Source of the DNA: Candidatus Eiseniibacteriota bacterium
Lineage (GTDB): Bacteria; Eisenbacteria; RBG-16-71-46; JABDJR01
Assembly (NCBI GenBank): GCA_963783375.1
Contig: CAWANH010000029.1
Location: 800,001-864,000, forward strand
Length of the DNA: 64,000 nucleotides
Direction: 5' to 3'
In this document: one piece after another, positions 50,234 to 60,442 of the stretch
Position numbering within the stretch: the stretch's first letter is position 1
How the letters are laid out: each line of letters begins with the position of its first letter
Notes under the pieces: generated by a model
Told to the model about the DNA's origin: nothing
The model's input: only the letters and a program-made list of their open reading frames with translations
Databases searched by the model: none
Translations under genes and position numbers: made by a program

Positions 50234-51220
50234 TCAGGTGAGATGCACCTCGCTCGAGTCTCCCACGTTCAGCCGTTTGAACGCGCCCTCGACCACCGCC
50301 TCTTCCCCGATCAGCGAGGCGTCGAGAAGCATGTGCCGGACATGCGCCCCCTCGTTCACGATGGAGTTCCTGAGGACCGACCCCTCCACCACCGCCCGGG
50401 CGGCCACGGTGGCGTACGGCCCGATGATGCTGTTCTTGACCGTCGCCTCGGGGTCCACCGCCACCGGGGGGATGATCACCGAGCCCTCGATCACCGGGGC
50501 CACCGCCCCCATGTCCAGGAGATCCCGGTTGGTGGCCAGGAGGGTTTCCGCCTTCCCGCAGTCGTACCAGCCCTCCACCGGGAACACCTCCATGGGCACC
50601 CCGTCCTTGAGCATGATCTGGAGCGCGTCGGTGAGCTGGTACTCTCCCCGGGTGGTGCGGTTCTCGCGGATGAGATCGTCGAGGGCGGCGAACAGCTTCG
50701 GGGTCTCGGTGACGTAGTAGATCCCCACGATGGCCAGGTTGGAGGGCGGGTGCTCCGGCTTCTCCACGAAGCGCTTCACCCGTTCCCCGTCCATCTCGGC
50801 GATGCCGAACCGGCGCGGATCCTCGACCGCCTTCACCCCGATCTGGGTCACCGGCTTCTTCAGGACCCCGCTGAAATCCACCCGGAAGATCGTGTCGCCG
50901 AGGACGATCAGGGCGTCCCGGTCCCCCACCACGTCCCGGGTGAGGTGGATCGCATGGCCGAGGCCCCGGCGCTCGGGTTGCTGCACGTAGTGGACGGTGA
51001 GCCCGGGGTAGTGACGGCCCACGTACTCCCGCACCCGGTCGCCCATGTAGCCCACCACCAGCACGTATTCCTGGACCCCCAGGGCCAGGAGCTCGTCCAG
51101 GATGTGGGCCACCATGGCCTTTCCGGCCACGTTGATCAGGGCCTTGGGAACGGTATGGGTGTGCGGGCGGAGGCGGCTTCCCACCCCCGCCACCGGAATC
51201 ACGGCCACGGGCAGCTTCAT
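50234..51220 (-). CDS. Sugar-phosphate nucleotidyltransferase with a C-terminal hexapeptide-repeat domain
   Basis: AGVGSRLRPHT...PK, GLGHAI, EKP, YQLTDAL, WYDCG. Confidence 0.85.
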   Translation of the reverse strand: MKLPVAVIPVAGVGSRLRPHTHTVPKALINVAGKAMVAHILDELLALGVQEYVLVVGYMGDRVREYVGRHYPGLTVHYVQQPERRGLGHAIHLTRDVVGDRDALIVLGDTIFRVDFSGVLKKPVTQIGVKAVEDPRRFGIAEMDGERVKRFVEKPEHPPSNLAIVGIYYVTETPKLFAALDDLIRENRTTRGEYQLTDALQIMLKDGVPMEVFPVEGWYDCGKAETLLATNRDLLDMGAVAPVIEGSVIIPPVAVDPEATVKNSIIGPYATVAARAVVEGSVLRNSIVNEGAHVRHMLLDASLIGEEAVVEGAFKRLNVGDSSEVHLT

Positions 51221-51224
51221 GGTT

Positions 51225-52226
51225 CTACAAGTCCTTCGCGTTGGGTTCGATCTCCGCGGAGAGGAGCCGCTTCAGATCGTTCATGAGGGAGAGGCTGGAG
51301 GCGTCCGCCCCCAGGACGTCGGCCAGGGCCACGCTCACCCAGTCCCCGGCGTAGGCGAGCCCGAGGGCCTCGATCCACGGGTCGGGGTGCGGTTCGTGGG
51401 CCGCGCTCACCCGGGCGCCGTGCCCGGCCAGCACCTGGAGAGTAGCATCCCACCGCCTCAGGGCGGCGGCTGCCCGGGGACGGCCGAGGGCCACCGGAAC
51501 CAGGGGAACCGGAGGACGGGCCTCGGCGGCCAAAGTCATCACCGCATTGTGCGCGGCTTCGGGAAGCCCCCACACCACCGACGGGGCCTTGGCGTTCTCG
51601 GCCAGGTCGGCGGCCCAGCGCCGGGCGGCGGCCAGGCCCGGCGGCTCCGCGGCCAGGAGCACCGGGAGCCCCTCCCGAAAGAGCGCGGCCAGCCCGCGGG
51701 CCGGCCCCCCTTCCGCGGCGCCCCACCGATCCCGAATCCCGGCCAGGTGGCGCGAGGCCTCGGACCAGTCGGGCGCGGTCCGTGGGGCGGCCAGGGCCGC
51801 GGCCCCCCGGATCAGGTGGCCGAGGGCGCCCCGGGGCGAAAAGCCCTCGGGGATGACCGCGAAACCCGCCCCCTCGGCCCGGGCCCGCTCCAGAAGCGGC
51901 CCGCCCGAGGCCACCGCGGCCCGGGACAGACCGGCCTTCGCCGCCCCGTCCCACAGGGCCAGGGTTTCCCGGGTGCGGCCGGAATAGGAGAGGCAGAGCA
52001 GGGCGTCGGCGTCGGCGGCCCATGCGGGGAGGGCATCCTCGCGGAGAACCGCGGTCTCCCGGCCGGGATCCTGCAGCAGGGCCGCGAACTCTCCGGCCAG
52101 AGCCGAGCCTCCAAGACCGGCCACCAACAGCCGCCCCCCCCCGGGGAGCGGTGCGCCGCGGGTCTCCGGTCCAAGCCCGATCTGCTCGGGGATGCTCGCG
52201 ACCTCGTCCCGAAAGCTGCGGCTCAT
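51225..52226 (-). CDS. Bifunctional phosphoglucose/phosphomannose isomerase-like SIS protein (divergent)
   Basis: GLGGS, SYSG.T.ET, SGG, PR, ENAK, PEAAHN. Confidence 0.75.
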   Translation of the reverse strand: MSRSFRDEVASIPEQIGLGPETRGAPLPGGGRLLVAGLGGSALAGEFAALLQDPGRETAVLREDALPAWAADADALLCLSYSGRTRETLALWDGAAKAGLSRAAVASGGPLLERARAEGAGFAVIPEGFSPRGALGHLIRGAAALAAPRTAPDWSEASRHLAGIRDRWGAAEGGPARGLAALFREGLPVLLAAEPPGLAAARRWAADLAENAKAPSVVWGLPEAAHNAVMTLAAEARPPVPLVPVALGRPRAAAALRRWDATLQVLAGHGARVSAAHEPHPDPWIEALGLAYAGDWVSVALADVLGADASSLSLMNDLKRLLSAEIEPNAKDL

Positions 52227-54091
52227 GGCGTTTGCTTTCCCCGCTTGGCCGGCGGCCGGCGGGAGCGGGCGGGGGCCTTCCGCGCCCCGCCTCCGCGTCC
52301 GTTGGTTTCGCGGGTGAGGGTGAGCAGGTCGGAGAAGCGCGAACCGAGCCGTTCGTCGATGAGCGCGTTCACTTCCGCCGCCTCCCGGCAGGCGAGCGCG
52401 TCCTCGGCCAGCCGGCGGCACTCGGCGTAGTTGAGGGACCGGACGGTCTGCTTGACCTCGGGAACCAGGTACGGACTCACGCTCAGGCGGTCGAACCCCA
52501 GGCCGATGAGGAGCGGAACCGAGAGCATGTCCCCGGCCATCTCCCCGCAGATGGACACCCATTTTCCGTGGCGATGCGTGGCCTCCACCGTGTCCCGGAG
52601 CGCCCGGAGAACGGCGGGGTGATTGGGCTGATAGAGATGGACCAGCGCCTCGTTGTCCCGATCGATGGCCAGCAGATACTGGATCAGGTCGTTGGAGCCC
52701 ACCGAGAGGAAGTCGGCCTCGGCGGCCAGTTCGTCGGCCATCATCACCGCCGACGGGACCTCGACCATCACCCCCAACTCGGGATCGGAGTCGAAGGGGA
52801 CGTTTCGCCGGCGGAGGGAGGCCATGGCCGACCGGGTCAGGTCGCGGGCGTAGTGAAATTCCTGGAGCGAGCTGACCATGGGAAAGAGGATACGGGCCCG
52901 CCGACCCGCCGCGGCGCGGAGGATGGCCCGGAGCTGGATCCGGAAGAGAACCGGGTGGGCGACCAGATAGCGGATCCCCCGCATGCCGAGGAAGGGGTTC
53001 CGTTCCCGGATGACCCCCATGTAGGAGGCGATCTTGTCCCCCCCCACGTCGAGGGCCCGGATCACCACCGTCTCCGGCTCCACCGCCTCCATCACCTCCC
53101 GGTACACGCGGACCTGCTCGTCCTCGCTGGGAGCGCGCCGCTGCCACATGAAGAAGAACTCGGTGCGGAAGAGGCCGATCCCCTCGGCCCCGCGTTTACG
53201 GATGTAGGGAAGCTCCGCCGGCATCTCCATGTTGGCCGAAAGGGTGATGCGGTGGCCGTCCACGGTTTCGGCGGGAAGTCCGGCCAGGGACTCGTGCTGT
53301 TCCTGCAGGTTCTCGAAGGCACGCTTTCGATCGCTGAACCGGGCCAGGGCCGCCGGAGTGGGGTTCAGCTCCACCAGGCCCCCGAAGCCGTCCAGGGCCA
53401 CGGTGTCCCCGTCCCGCACCGCCTCGCTGATACCCTTCACTCCCACCACGGCGGGGATCCCGCGGGCCCGGGCCATGATGGCGGCATGGCCGGTGGTGCC
53501 TCCGGCGTCGGTCACGAACCCCAGCACCTTCTCGGGATCCAGGAGCACCGCCTCGGAGGGGGCGATCTCCCGGCCCACCAGCACGCCCCGCCGTTCGGGA
53601 ACGGCGATCCCGCCCTCGTCCCCGGAGAGATGGCGGAGCACCCGGCGCTTCACGTCGAGGAGATCCACCGCCCGCTCGCTGAAGTACGAGTCGGATAGCT
53701 TCTGCAGGCCCTCGGTCATCTCCATGACGTGGCGGCGGAAGAGATACTCCGCGTTCTTCCGCTCGGACCGGATGGCGGCGATGGTACGGTCCACGGCCAG
53801 GGGATCCTTGAGCACCATGAGCTGGACGTCGAAGATCTTCGCCTGATCCTCCCCGAGATCGAGGAGGGTGGCCTCGCGAAGATCGGTCAGCTCGGCCTGG
53901 GCCCGATCCAGGGCCGCGGAGAACCGGTCCACTTCCGCCTGGACCTCTCCGGCGGCCAGGCTCCGCTCCTCCACCGCCCGCTCCGGGTCTTCCAGACGCA
54001 GGGCGGGACCCACGGCGACGCCGGGCGCGGCGGCCATGCCGCGAAAGCTACGGGGCGGACGCTTGGGTTTCCGGTCAGGCTTCTTCGCCAA
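52223..54091 (-). CDS. ptsI: PTS enzyme I (PEP-protein phosphotransferase)
   Basis: GG.TGHAAIMAR, GIGLFRTEF, ERNPFLGMRGIR, SVGSNDL, ICGE. Confidence 0.95.
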   Translation of the reverse strand: MAKKPDRKPKRPPRSFRGMAAAPGVAVGPALRLEDPERAVEERSLAAGEVQAEVDRFSAALDRAQAELTDLREATLLDLGEDQAKIFDVQLMVLKDPLAVDRTIAAIRSERKNAEYLFRRHVMEMTEGLQKLSDSYFSERAVDLLDVKRRVLRHLSGDEGGIAVPERRGVLVGREIAPSEAVLLDPEKVLGFVTDAGGTTGHAAIMARARGIPAVVGVKGISEAVRDGDTVALDGFGGLVELNPTPAALARFSDRKRAFENLQEQHESLAGLPAETVDGHRITLSANMEMPAELPYIRKRGAEGIGLFRTEFFFMWQRRAPSEDEQVRVYREVMEAVEPETVVIRALDVGGDKIASYMGVIRERNPFLGMRGIRYLVAHPVLFRIQLRAILRAAAGRRARILFPMVSSLQEFHYARDLTRSAMASLRRRNVPFDSDPELGVMVEVPSAVMMADELAAEADFLSVGSNDLIQYLLAIDRDNEALVHLYQPNHPAVLRALRDTVEATHRHGKWVSICGEMAGDMLSVPLLIGLGFDRLSVSPYLVPEVKQTVRSLNYAECRRLAEDALACREAAEVNALIDERLGSRFSDLLTLTRETNGRGGGARKAPARSRRPPAKRGKQTP

Positions 54092-54353
54092 ACTTGTTCT
54101 CCACCAGGGCCTCGAGGGCGTCCAACGCGGTCCCCGCGTCCTCCCCCACCGCTCGGACTCGGATCGTGCTTCCGCAATAGGCGGCCAGCATCAGCACGCC
54201 CATGATGCTCTTGCCGTTCACCTCGGTGCCCTCCCGGGCCACGAAGATCGCGGACTTGAACTTTGCGGCCAGCCGGGTGAACTCGGCGGCGGCCCGCGCG
54301 TGCATTCCCTTCTCGTTGACGATGACGAAATCTCTGGGGGAGGTGTCGCTCAC
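54075..54353 (-). CDS. ptsH: Phosphocarrier protein HPr
   Basis: GMHARAA (His15 site), NGKSIMGVLML (Ser46 site). Confidence 0.95.
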   Translation of the reverse strand: MSDTSPRDFVIVNEKGMHARAAAEFTRLAAKFKSAIFVAREGTEVNGKSIMGVLMLAAYCGSTIRVRAVGEDAGTALDALEALVENKFGEEA

Positions 54354-55117
54354 GGTGTCTGGTTCCTCAGGATGAATGCCGCGGTCAAGCCGATGATCAT
54401 AGCGCCGACGGCGAGAAGGGTGCCACGCGTGAACCCCCGCCGTCCCAGGAACCAGCCCGAGGCCATGGTCGCTCCCCCGAGGAGGGCGGGGCCCGCGCTC
54501 CCCCCCAGAGGCCCCAGAAGCACCGCCCCCAGGAGCCCGGCCCCCGCCAGCACCACCGTGGGGACCGCGGCCACCGCGGTCCGGAACCGGGGAGAGACCA
54601 GGAGCCGGTGGACATCCTCCCCCCGGCGGTAGCCCCAGAACACGCCGCCCAGCCGAAGCCCCAGGTGGGCGGCGTTATAGAGGATGAGGAACGCCACCGC
54701 TCCCCACCCTCCGGCCAGGAGCGCGATCGCGCTCCCCAGATGTCCGGCCGCGGGCCGGGTCCCGCTCCACAGGACGGCGTCTCCCGCCGCGGCAAAGGGC
54801 CCCTCCAGGGCCCGCTTGAGCCGGGGCACCCGGGCCAGGGCCTTCGCGTCCCCTGACGCCGCGCGCTCCTCCAGACGGACCACCGCCCCCAGAATCGGAC
54901 CGGCCATGGCCGGGTTGGTATTGAAGTTCTCCAGGTGGCGCCGGTAGAAGGCCCTTCGCTCCTCTTCCCCCGACCAGAACCGGGCCGCCGGCGACAGGGC
55001 CGCCGCCACCCCCAGCCCCTGGCGGCGCTGGACGTTGAACGAGGCCTGGAGGCACAGGACCCCGGCGGCCACCCGGGCCAGGAGGCCCCGGGGCGCGGCG
55101 ACCGGCTCGGCGCTCAT
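54350..55117 (-). CDS. PTS mannose-family IID component
   Basis: LQASFN..R.QGLG, RHLENFNTNP, GPFAAAGD..LW, LYN. Confidence 0.85.
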   Translation of the reverse strand: MSAEPVAAPRGLLARVAAGVLCLQASFNVQRRQGLGVAAALSPAARFWSGEEERRAFYRRHLENFNTNPAMAGPILGAVVRLEERAASGDAKALARVPRLKRALEGPFAAAGDAVLWSGTRPAAGHLGSAIALLAGGWGAVAFLILYNAAHLGLRLGGVFWGYRRGEDVHRLLVSPRFRTAVAAVPTVVLAGAGLLGAVLLGPLGGSAGPALLGGATMASGWFLGRRGFTRGTLLAVGAMIIGLTAAFILRNQTP

Positions 55118-55824
55118 GCGAAGAACCATCCTGCCGCGGCCAGAGCCATCGAGGCCGCGAGCCAGGTCCAACCCTTTCCCCTCCGGCCCACCCGGCTGGC
55201 CGAGTACCCCAGCCCGGCGGCCAGGACCGGGATCGCCACCCAGCGCCCGTCGGCGGCGGGGAGGAGTTCGGCCAACCGAAGCCCTCCCCAACCCACCGCA
55301 AGCCCGAGCGCGGTGATCGCCGCGCCGAGGAGCGCGCTCTCCGCCACCCCCCGGAGATTGATCCGGATCAGGGCGTTCCCCCGGCCCGCTTCGGCGGCCG
55401 CCAGGGCGCGCCGGACGAGTCCTCCCCGGTGCCGGCGCATGACCATGATCAGGGGCCGCCCGGTCTCCGCCACCAGGAAGGCGGCGCCGAGGCAAGCGGC
55501 CAGGGAGGCGGCCTCGGGGACGGCCAGGGCCCCCAGGCGGGTTGAAGGTCCCAGGCTCCATCCGGCCAGGGCGCCCCCCACCACCGCCGCCGGGCCGACC
55601 AGGGGGAAGGACGCCCCCCCCAGGGCGAAGGCGCGTCCCCACACCGCCTGCAGCACCGCTCCCAGGGCCAAGCCCGCCACCGGCTCCCCCACCACCATCC
55701 CGGCCAGCCATCCGGCCACGAGGGGCTGTGAGACCATGAGCTGGGCCAGCGCGGTGGTGTCCGCAGCCACCCACCCTCCAAGAAGGACGAGGCCCAGGCC
55801 CTCGACAACCCCGGGCGCGCTCAG
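55114..55824 (-). CDS. PTS mannose-family IIC component (start uncertain)
   Basis: AD...AQLMVSQPLVAG...G.VVG.P..GL.LGA.LQ, GGA..P. No ATG/GTG at the expected start; a CTG overlaps the upstream stop. Confidence 0.75.
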   Translation of the reverse strand: MSAPGVVEGLGLVLLGGWVAADTTALAQLMVSQPLVAGWLAGMVVGEPVAGLALGAVLQAVWGRAFALGGASFPLVGPAAVVGGALAGWSLGPSTRLGALAVPEAASLAACLGAAFLVAETGRPLIMVMRRHRGGLVRRALAAAEAGRGNALIRINLRGVAESALLGAAITALGLAVGWGGLRLAELLPAADGRWVAIPVLAAGLGYSASRVGRRGKGWTWLAASMALAAAGWFFA

Positions 55825-57956
55825 AGCCGTTCCACCTCGAGCCGGAAGCTCACGCTCCAGCGTTCGCGGGGGCCGAGACGAACCCGCCAGTTCGGAAGCA
55901 GGGCGGCGGATTGGAAGATGCGCTCGAACCCGCCCTCGGAGAGGGACACCGTCTCCACCGGGGCCCGCCACAGGGTCGCCGGCTCGGAGAAACCCAGCCG
56001 CGCCTCGAAGCCCCGGTGACGATCGACGAGACCCACGAATTCAGACACCTCGGTAGCTCCCACCGAGCGGAAGGCGGACTCCGCCGGGGGGACCCCGGGG
56101 ATTCGATAGAAGTGATCGGGGGAGTCCCCCGCCATCATGGCCAGGTTCCACTCCACCCCGAACCACAGGTCGGCGGCGGTTTCCCCGGCGTTTTCGAGGA
56201 CGTAGTCCACGTCGAGGAGCGCGCCGCCGGATCCCAGCCGGAGCCGCTTCTCCACCGCCACCCGGTGCGCCTCCCCGTCCTTCCACACCGTGCCGGTGCG
56301 GCGCAGGGAGACCAGGTGGAACCCGTTCTGTTCGGCGGCGGCAACCTCGTAGGGCGAGGAAACGAAGTCCCCCTGCTCCCCGAATTCCCCGGTGTGGAAG
56401 CTCTCCACCGTGCTGTCCGAACGCAGGAAATGGTCCACCAGGGAGCAGCGGCGGTACCGGTCGTAGTGAAGGTGTTGCTCCAGACCCGCCTCCTTGGCCA
56501 GAACCAGGTCGTGGATGCTCTTGGTTCCGTCCCCGGAGACGGCCCCCGGGGCCACCGCCCCCGCCACCCGGTCGTGATAGGCCTCGGGCCGGCGGGTGAG
56601 ACCGTTTCCCAGCGATACCCGGAGCGGCTTGACCCCGATCTCCTGCAGCGCCCCCCCCTCCCCCGGCGCCACCACCAGGGTGAGATCGGGGTTCCGGAGG
56701 AACACCTCACGGTCCCCGTCGCAGTCGTAGTCCACCCGCTCCATCCCGGCCCAGCCCCCTTCGCCGTGCCGGGCCGTGTCCACCAGGGCTTCCGCGGCGA
56801 GGATACGTTCGTAGAGCGCCTCGCGCAGGTGCGGGAGGTACAGGCCCCCGAAAACGCCGTGCCAGTAGGCGCAGTTGCACTGGGAGGCCCAGAGGAGATC
56901 CATGGCCTCTTCGCGGACCTTGCGCTGGCGGCCGTCGAGTTTCCCGGCCTCGGCGCGGACCTGGAGCATGCGCTTGTTGATGTGGTCGCTCTCGGGGTAG
57001 CGGGCGAAGAAGTTCCGCCAGAACCCCCCCCGCACGAAGCGCGCGTTGTCGTGGTTCTCCTCCTCCACCCGATGATGGAACCGGTGGAAGTGCCGCTGCG
57101 CGTCGGGGGGCATGGCCCACTCCATCATCTCCTCGTAGGCGGCGGTGGGGAGGTAGACCTTGCCTTCGGGCGGAACCTCGCTCACCACCTCGCCGGGGAA
57201 GCGGAGCCGGATCCACTCCTGGTTCTCCTCGAGGAGGGTGAAGAACCGGTCCAGCCAACCGTCCTCGTACACCAGCTTGTGGGTGTTGGGCCAGACCCCG
57301 AACTTCTCGCCGTCGTCCCCCAGGAGCGCCGTCCGCCCCGGGTGGTCCTCGGCCAACCCCCGGAGGAAGTCGATGGTCTCCTCCGGCGGGTGGAACGGAA
57401 TGAGATAGCGCAGGTCCTTGGAGATCGGAAAGACGTGGAGGGGAACCCCCTGATCCTCGGTCACGTAGTGGCCCCAGAGCCGGTCGCGCTCCAGCCCGGC
57501 GGCGATGAAATGGGAGTCGTCCACCATGGTGTAGCGCACCCCGGCCCGGGCCAGGGCTCCGACCATCGAGGGCTCCCACACCCGTTCGGTGAGCCATACC
57601 CCGGTGGGGCGCCGGCCGAAGCGGCGGGAGAGCCAATCCGAGAGCTTCCTCACCTGGCCCTCGCGGTCCGCGTCGGGAATCGAGGACAGGATCGGCTCGT
57701 AGTAGCCGCCGCTCAACAGTTCGACCTGGCCCCGCTCCACCAGCGCGCCCAGGCGGTCCAGGTAGTCGGGGCGGTGGGCCACGAACCAGTCGATGAGGCA
57801 GCCCGAATTGTGGAGTCCCACCCGGATCGGGGGATGGCGTTCGAGGACTTCGAGGAAGGGGAGGTAGGCGGTCCGGTAGGCGTCCTCGATCACGAAATCG
57901 AAGTTACCCACCGGTTGGTGATTATGGATCGCGAGCAGGAAGTTGATCGTATTCAA
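55821..57956 (-). CDS. GH57 alpha-amylase / 4-alpha-glucanotransferase
   Basis: HNHQPVGNF, GGYYEPIL, WLTERVWE (nucleophile Glu), DDGEKFG (acid/base Asp), YWHGVFGGLYLPHLR. Confidence 0.92.
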   Translation of the reverse strand: MNTINFLLAIHNHQPVGNFDFVIEDAYRTAYLPFLEVLERHPPIRVGLHNSGCLIDWFVAHRPDYLDRLGALVERGQVELLSGGYYEPILSSIPDADREGQVRKLSDWLSRRFGRRPTGVWLTERVWEPSMVGALARAGVRYTMVDDSHFIAAGLERDRLWGHYVTEDQGVPLHVFPISKDLRYLIPFHPPEETIDFLRGLAEDHPGRTALLGDDGEKFGVWPNTHKLVYEDGWLDRFFTLLEENQEWIRLRFPGEVVSEVPPEGKVYLPTAAYEEMMEWAMPPDAQRHFHRFHHRVEEENHDNARFVRGGFWRNFFARYPESDHINKRMLQVRAEAGKLDGRQRKVREEAMDLLWASQCNCAYWHGVFGGLYLPHLREALYERILAAEALVDTARHGEGGWAGMERVDYDCDGDREVFLRNPDLTLVVAPGEGGALQEIGVKPLRVSLGNGLTRRPEAYHDRVAGAVAPGAVSGDGTKSIHDLVLAKEAGLEQHLHYDRYRRCSLVDHFLRSDSTVESFHTGEFGEQGDFVSSPYEVAAAEQNGFHLVSLRRTGTVWKDGEAHRVAVEKRLRLGSGGALLDVDYVLENAGETAADLWFGVEWNLAMMAGDSPDHFYRIPGVPPAESAFRSVGATEVSEFVGLVDRHRGFEARLGFSEPATLWRAPVETVSLSEGGFERIFQSAALLPNWRVRLGPRERWSVSFRLEVERL

Positions 57957-58434
57957 GTCGTCCCTCCGCCAAGGCGGAATTCAGCTCGATCGGCGGGTTC
58001 CCCGGGAGGTCCTGGGCGACCAGCCGCACCCCGGCCGCCGCCAGCTCCGCCAGGGCGGCCAGATCGTCCGGCGTGAAGTAGAGATAGTCGGTGAAACGTC
58101 GCGCCCCCTGCCGGTAGTGAAGCCCCCCGACGTTGATCTCGTCCAGGGCGGCGCCCGCGCGGACCAGGGCCAGCATGAAAGCGGGTGAGCGTACCAGGAG
58201 GAACGCGCGGCCCGGAACCCCTTCCGCGAGCCGGCGGGCGGTTTCCGGGATCCCCAACACCTCCGTCTCCACCCCCGGGGGGGCGGCGGAACGTTGAACG
58301 TCCCGCTCCCAGGCGTCGGCGGCCACCTCGTCGTCGGCCACCAGGATGCGGTCGGGATCCAGGGCGGAGGCCCACCCCACCGAGACCTGGCCGTGGATCA
58401 GGCGCTCGTCGATCCGGGCCAGCACCAGGCTCAC
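57922..58434 (-). CDS. PTS mannose-family IIB component
   Basis: RIDERLIHGQV (phospho-His), INVGG. Confidence 0.92.
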   Translation of the reverse strand: MSLVLARIDERLIHGQVSVGWASALDPDRILVADDEVAADAWERDVQRSAAPPGVETEVLGIPETARRLAEGVPGRAFLLVRSPAFMLALVRAGAALDEINVGGLHYRQGARRFTDYLYFTPDDLAALAELAAAGVRLVAQDLPGNPPIELNSALAEGRLEYDQLPARDP

Positions 58435-58835
58435 GCCGGGTTTCCCCCCCGGTACACCTCCACGCTCTCCTGCCCGCGGCGGGCGAGATGCCGGAGGAAG
58501 TCGGCCATGGACTCGTGTTCCCGGGAGCGGAAAGCGGCCAACAGGAGCGGCAGGTTCAACCCGGCCACGATGCCCACCTCGTCCTGGTCCCGGGTTACCC
58601 GGCGGGCGGCCACGCAGCAGGAGCCGAAGCCGATGTCGGTGAGGATCAGGGCCGGACCGGGGTGGTCGTCCAGCCACCGGTGGATGCGCGCCTCCAGCTC
58701 CGGGTTGGACAACCCCTCATTGGAGAAGGAGTCGATCGGGGGAAGCTGGCCGAGTATGGCCGCCGCCGCTTCGAGGAGCCCCTCGCCGAAGCCTCGATGG
58801 GAGATGAGAAGGACGGGAACCGGTCCCAGGCTCAT
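58431..58835 (-). CDS. PTS mannose-family IIA component
   Basis: LISH (phospho-His), ILTD..FGS, AGLNLPLL. Confidence 0.88.
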   Translation of the reverse strand: MSLGPVPVLLISHRGFGEGLLEAAAAILGQLPPIDSFSNEGLSNPELEARIHRWLDDHPGPALILTDIGFGSCCVAARRVTRDQDEVGIVAGLNLPLLLAAFRSREHESMADFLRHLARRGQESVEVYRGGNPA

Positions 58836-59800
58836 TCAAGGTCGTCCCGGGCCAGCATCTTGAGCCTCGCGTTCTGCGCCATGATTTCCGAGAGCTTCTT
58901 GTCGAACTCCTGGGCCGCGTCCACCCCGTAGGACTTGACCAGGTAGTTGAGCGCGATGGTCTCCGCGATCACCGTGATGTTCTTCCCGGGGTAGATGGGA
59001 ACCGTCACCAGGGGGATCTGCACCCCGAGGATGGTGGTGAGGTGGTCCTCGAGCCCGGTCCGCTCGTAGTCCATCCCGTCCTCCCAGTCCTGGAGGTGCA
59101 CCTCGACCTCGATCCGCTTCTGGAACCGGATGGCCCGGATCCCGAACACCTTCTGGAGGTCGATGATGCCCACTCCCCGGATCTCCAGATGATGGCCCAG
59201 GACCTTGTTGGCCGAGCCGATGAGCACGTTCTCGTGGCGGCGCTTGACGGTCACCACGTCGTCGGCCACCAGACGGTGGCCCCGTTCCACCAGATCCAGC
59301 GCGCATTCCGATTTCCCGATCCCGCTCCGGCCGGTGAACAGGAGACCCACCCCGTACACGTCCACCAGGGAACCGTGAGTGGTGGTGGTGGGAGCGAAGA
59401 TGTCGTCCAGGTAGGCGGTGAGCTCGTGGATGAACGGGGTGGTGGACATCGGCGTCCCCAGCACGGGGATCCCCCTCTCCTCCGCCCGCCGGAGGAACAT
59501 CGCGGGGACGCTCAGGTCCTTGGTGGTCACGATGAGCGGAACCTGGAACTGGAACAGCCGGTCCATGGCCACCGCGCACTGCTCCTCGGTGAAGGAAGAG
59601 AGGAGCCCGATTTCCGTTTCCCCCACCACCTGGATGCGCTCGGAGAGGAAGTTCTCGATGTAGCCGGCCATGGCCAGACCCGGCCGGTTGATGTCGCTCA
59701 CCGTGATCGGGACGTCGGTATCCGTGCCCGAGGTCAACACTTCGAGCTCGAACGCGTCCTTCCGGTCCTCGTAGAGCCGGGTCACCGTGATCTGGTTCAT
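58832..59800 (-). CDS. hprK: HPr kinase/phosphorylase
   Basis: NRPGL, HGSLVDVYGVG, GRSGIGKSECAL, LVADD, LEIRGVGII. Confidence 0.97.
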   Translation of the reverse strand: MNQITVTRLYEDRKDAFELEVLTSGTDTDVPITVSDINRPGLAMAGYIENFLSERIQVVGETEIGLLSSFTEEQCAVAMDRLFQFQVPLIVTTKDLSVPAMFLRRAEERGIPVLGTPMSTTPFIHELTAYLDDIFAPTTTTHGSLVDVYGVGLLFTGRSGIGKSECALDLVERGHRLVADDVVTVKRRHENVLIGSANKVLGHHLEIRGVGIIDLQKVFGIRAIRFQKRIEVEVHLQDWEDGMDYERTGLEDHLTTILGVQIPLVTVPIYPGKNITVIAETIALNYLVKSYGVDAAQEFDKKLSEIMAQNARLKMLARDDLE

Positions 59801-59807
59801 GAAACTC

Positions 59808-60374
59808 CTAGTCCAGGTGGATGTCGAGGACGCCGACGTTGCCGTCCCGGCGCTTGAACACCACCGTGGGCCGTCCGGTCGTCTCGTTGGTGAAACCCAG
59901 GGCGTCGCGGCGGGATGCCCGGAGCTGGGCGGCGGCCATGACCACCGACATGGACACCGAGAGGTCCCCCAGGTCCTCGCTCACCAGGCCGTCGTAGTCG
60001 GACTCGTCGAAGCCGACCGGCAACTCTTCCTCTTCCGGAAGCGTTTCGATCTCCGCGGGGGGCGCCTCGGAGGGGGCGCCGCGGCGCTTGCCGCGGGTGA
60101 GCCGGTCCTTGTGGCGGCGCACCTGGACCTCGATCTTGTCCAGTACGTGCTCCAGGGCCACCTTGTCGCTCTCGCCCACCGCGTGGCTGATGAGGGGGGT
60201 TCCGTTGGCGACCAGGGTCGCCTCCGCGTTGTAACGGTTCTTTTCGAAGCTCACCACGATCCGCGTTTCCAGGATCCGGTCGAAGTAGCGCTGAAGCCTG
60301 GCGACCCTCTCCTCCGCGCGCTGCTTGAGGCTGTCGCTCAGGTCGAAGTGCCGGGTGCTGATTTCAATCTTCAT
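59808..60374 (-). CDS. hpf: Ribosome hibernation promoting factor, long form
   Basis: IEISTRH, RLQRYF, C-terminal domain F.N......VVFKRRDGNVG; follows rpoN. Confidence 0.85.
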   Translation of the reverse strand: MKIEISTRHFDLSDSLKQRAEERVARLQRYFDRILETRIVVSFEKNRYNAEATLVANGTPLISHAVGESDKVALEHVLDKIEVQVRRHKDRLTRGKRRGAPSEAPPAEIETLPEEEELPVGFDESDYDGLVSEDLGDLSVSMSVVMAAAQLRASRRDALGFTNETTGRPTVVFKRRDGNVGVLDIHLD

Positions 60375-60442
60375 CTCGATCCTCCCTTGTTCCCATCGGC
60401 GGGCCCATCCGTGGCCACGCCGGGTCGCCGGCCCCCGCCGGG

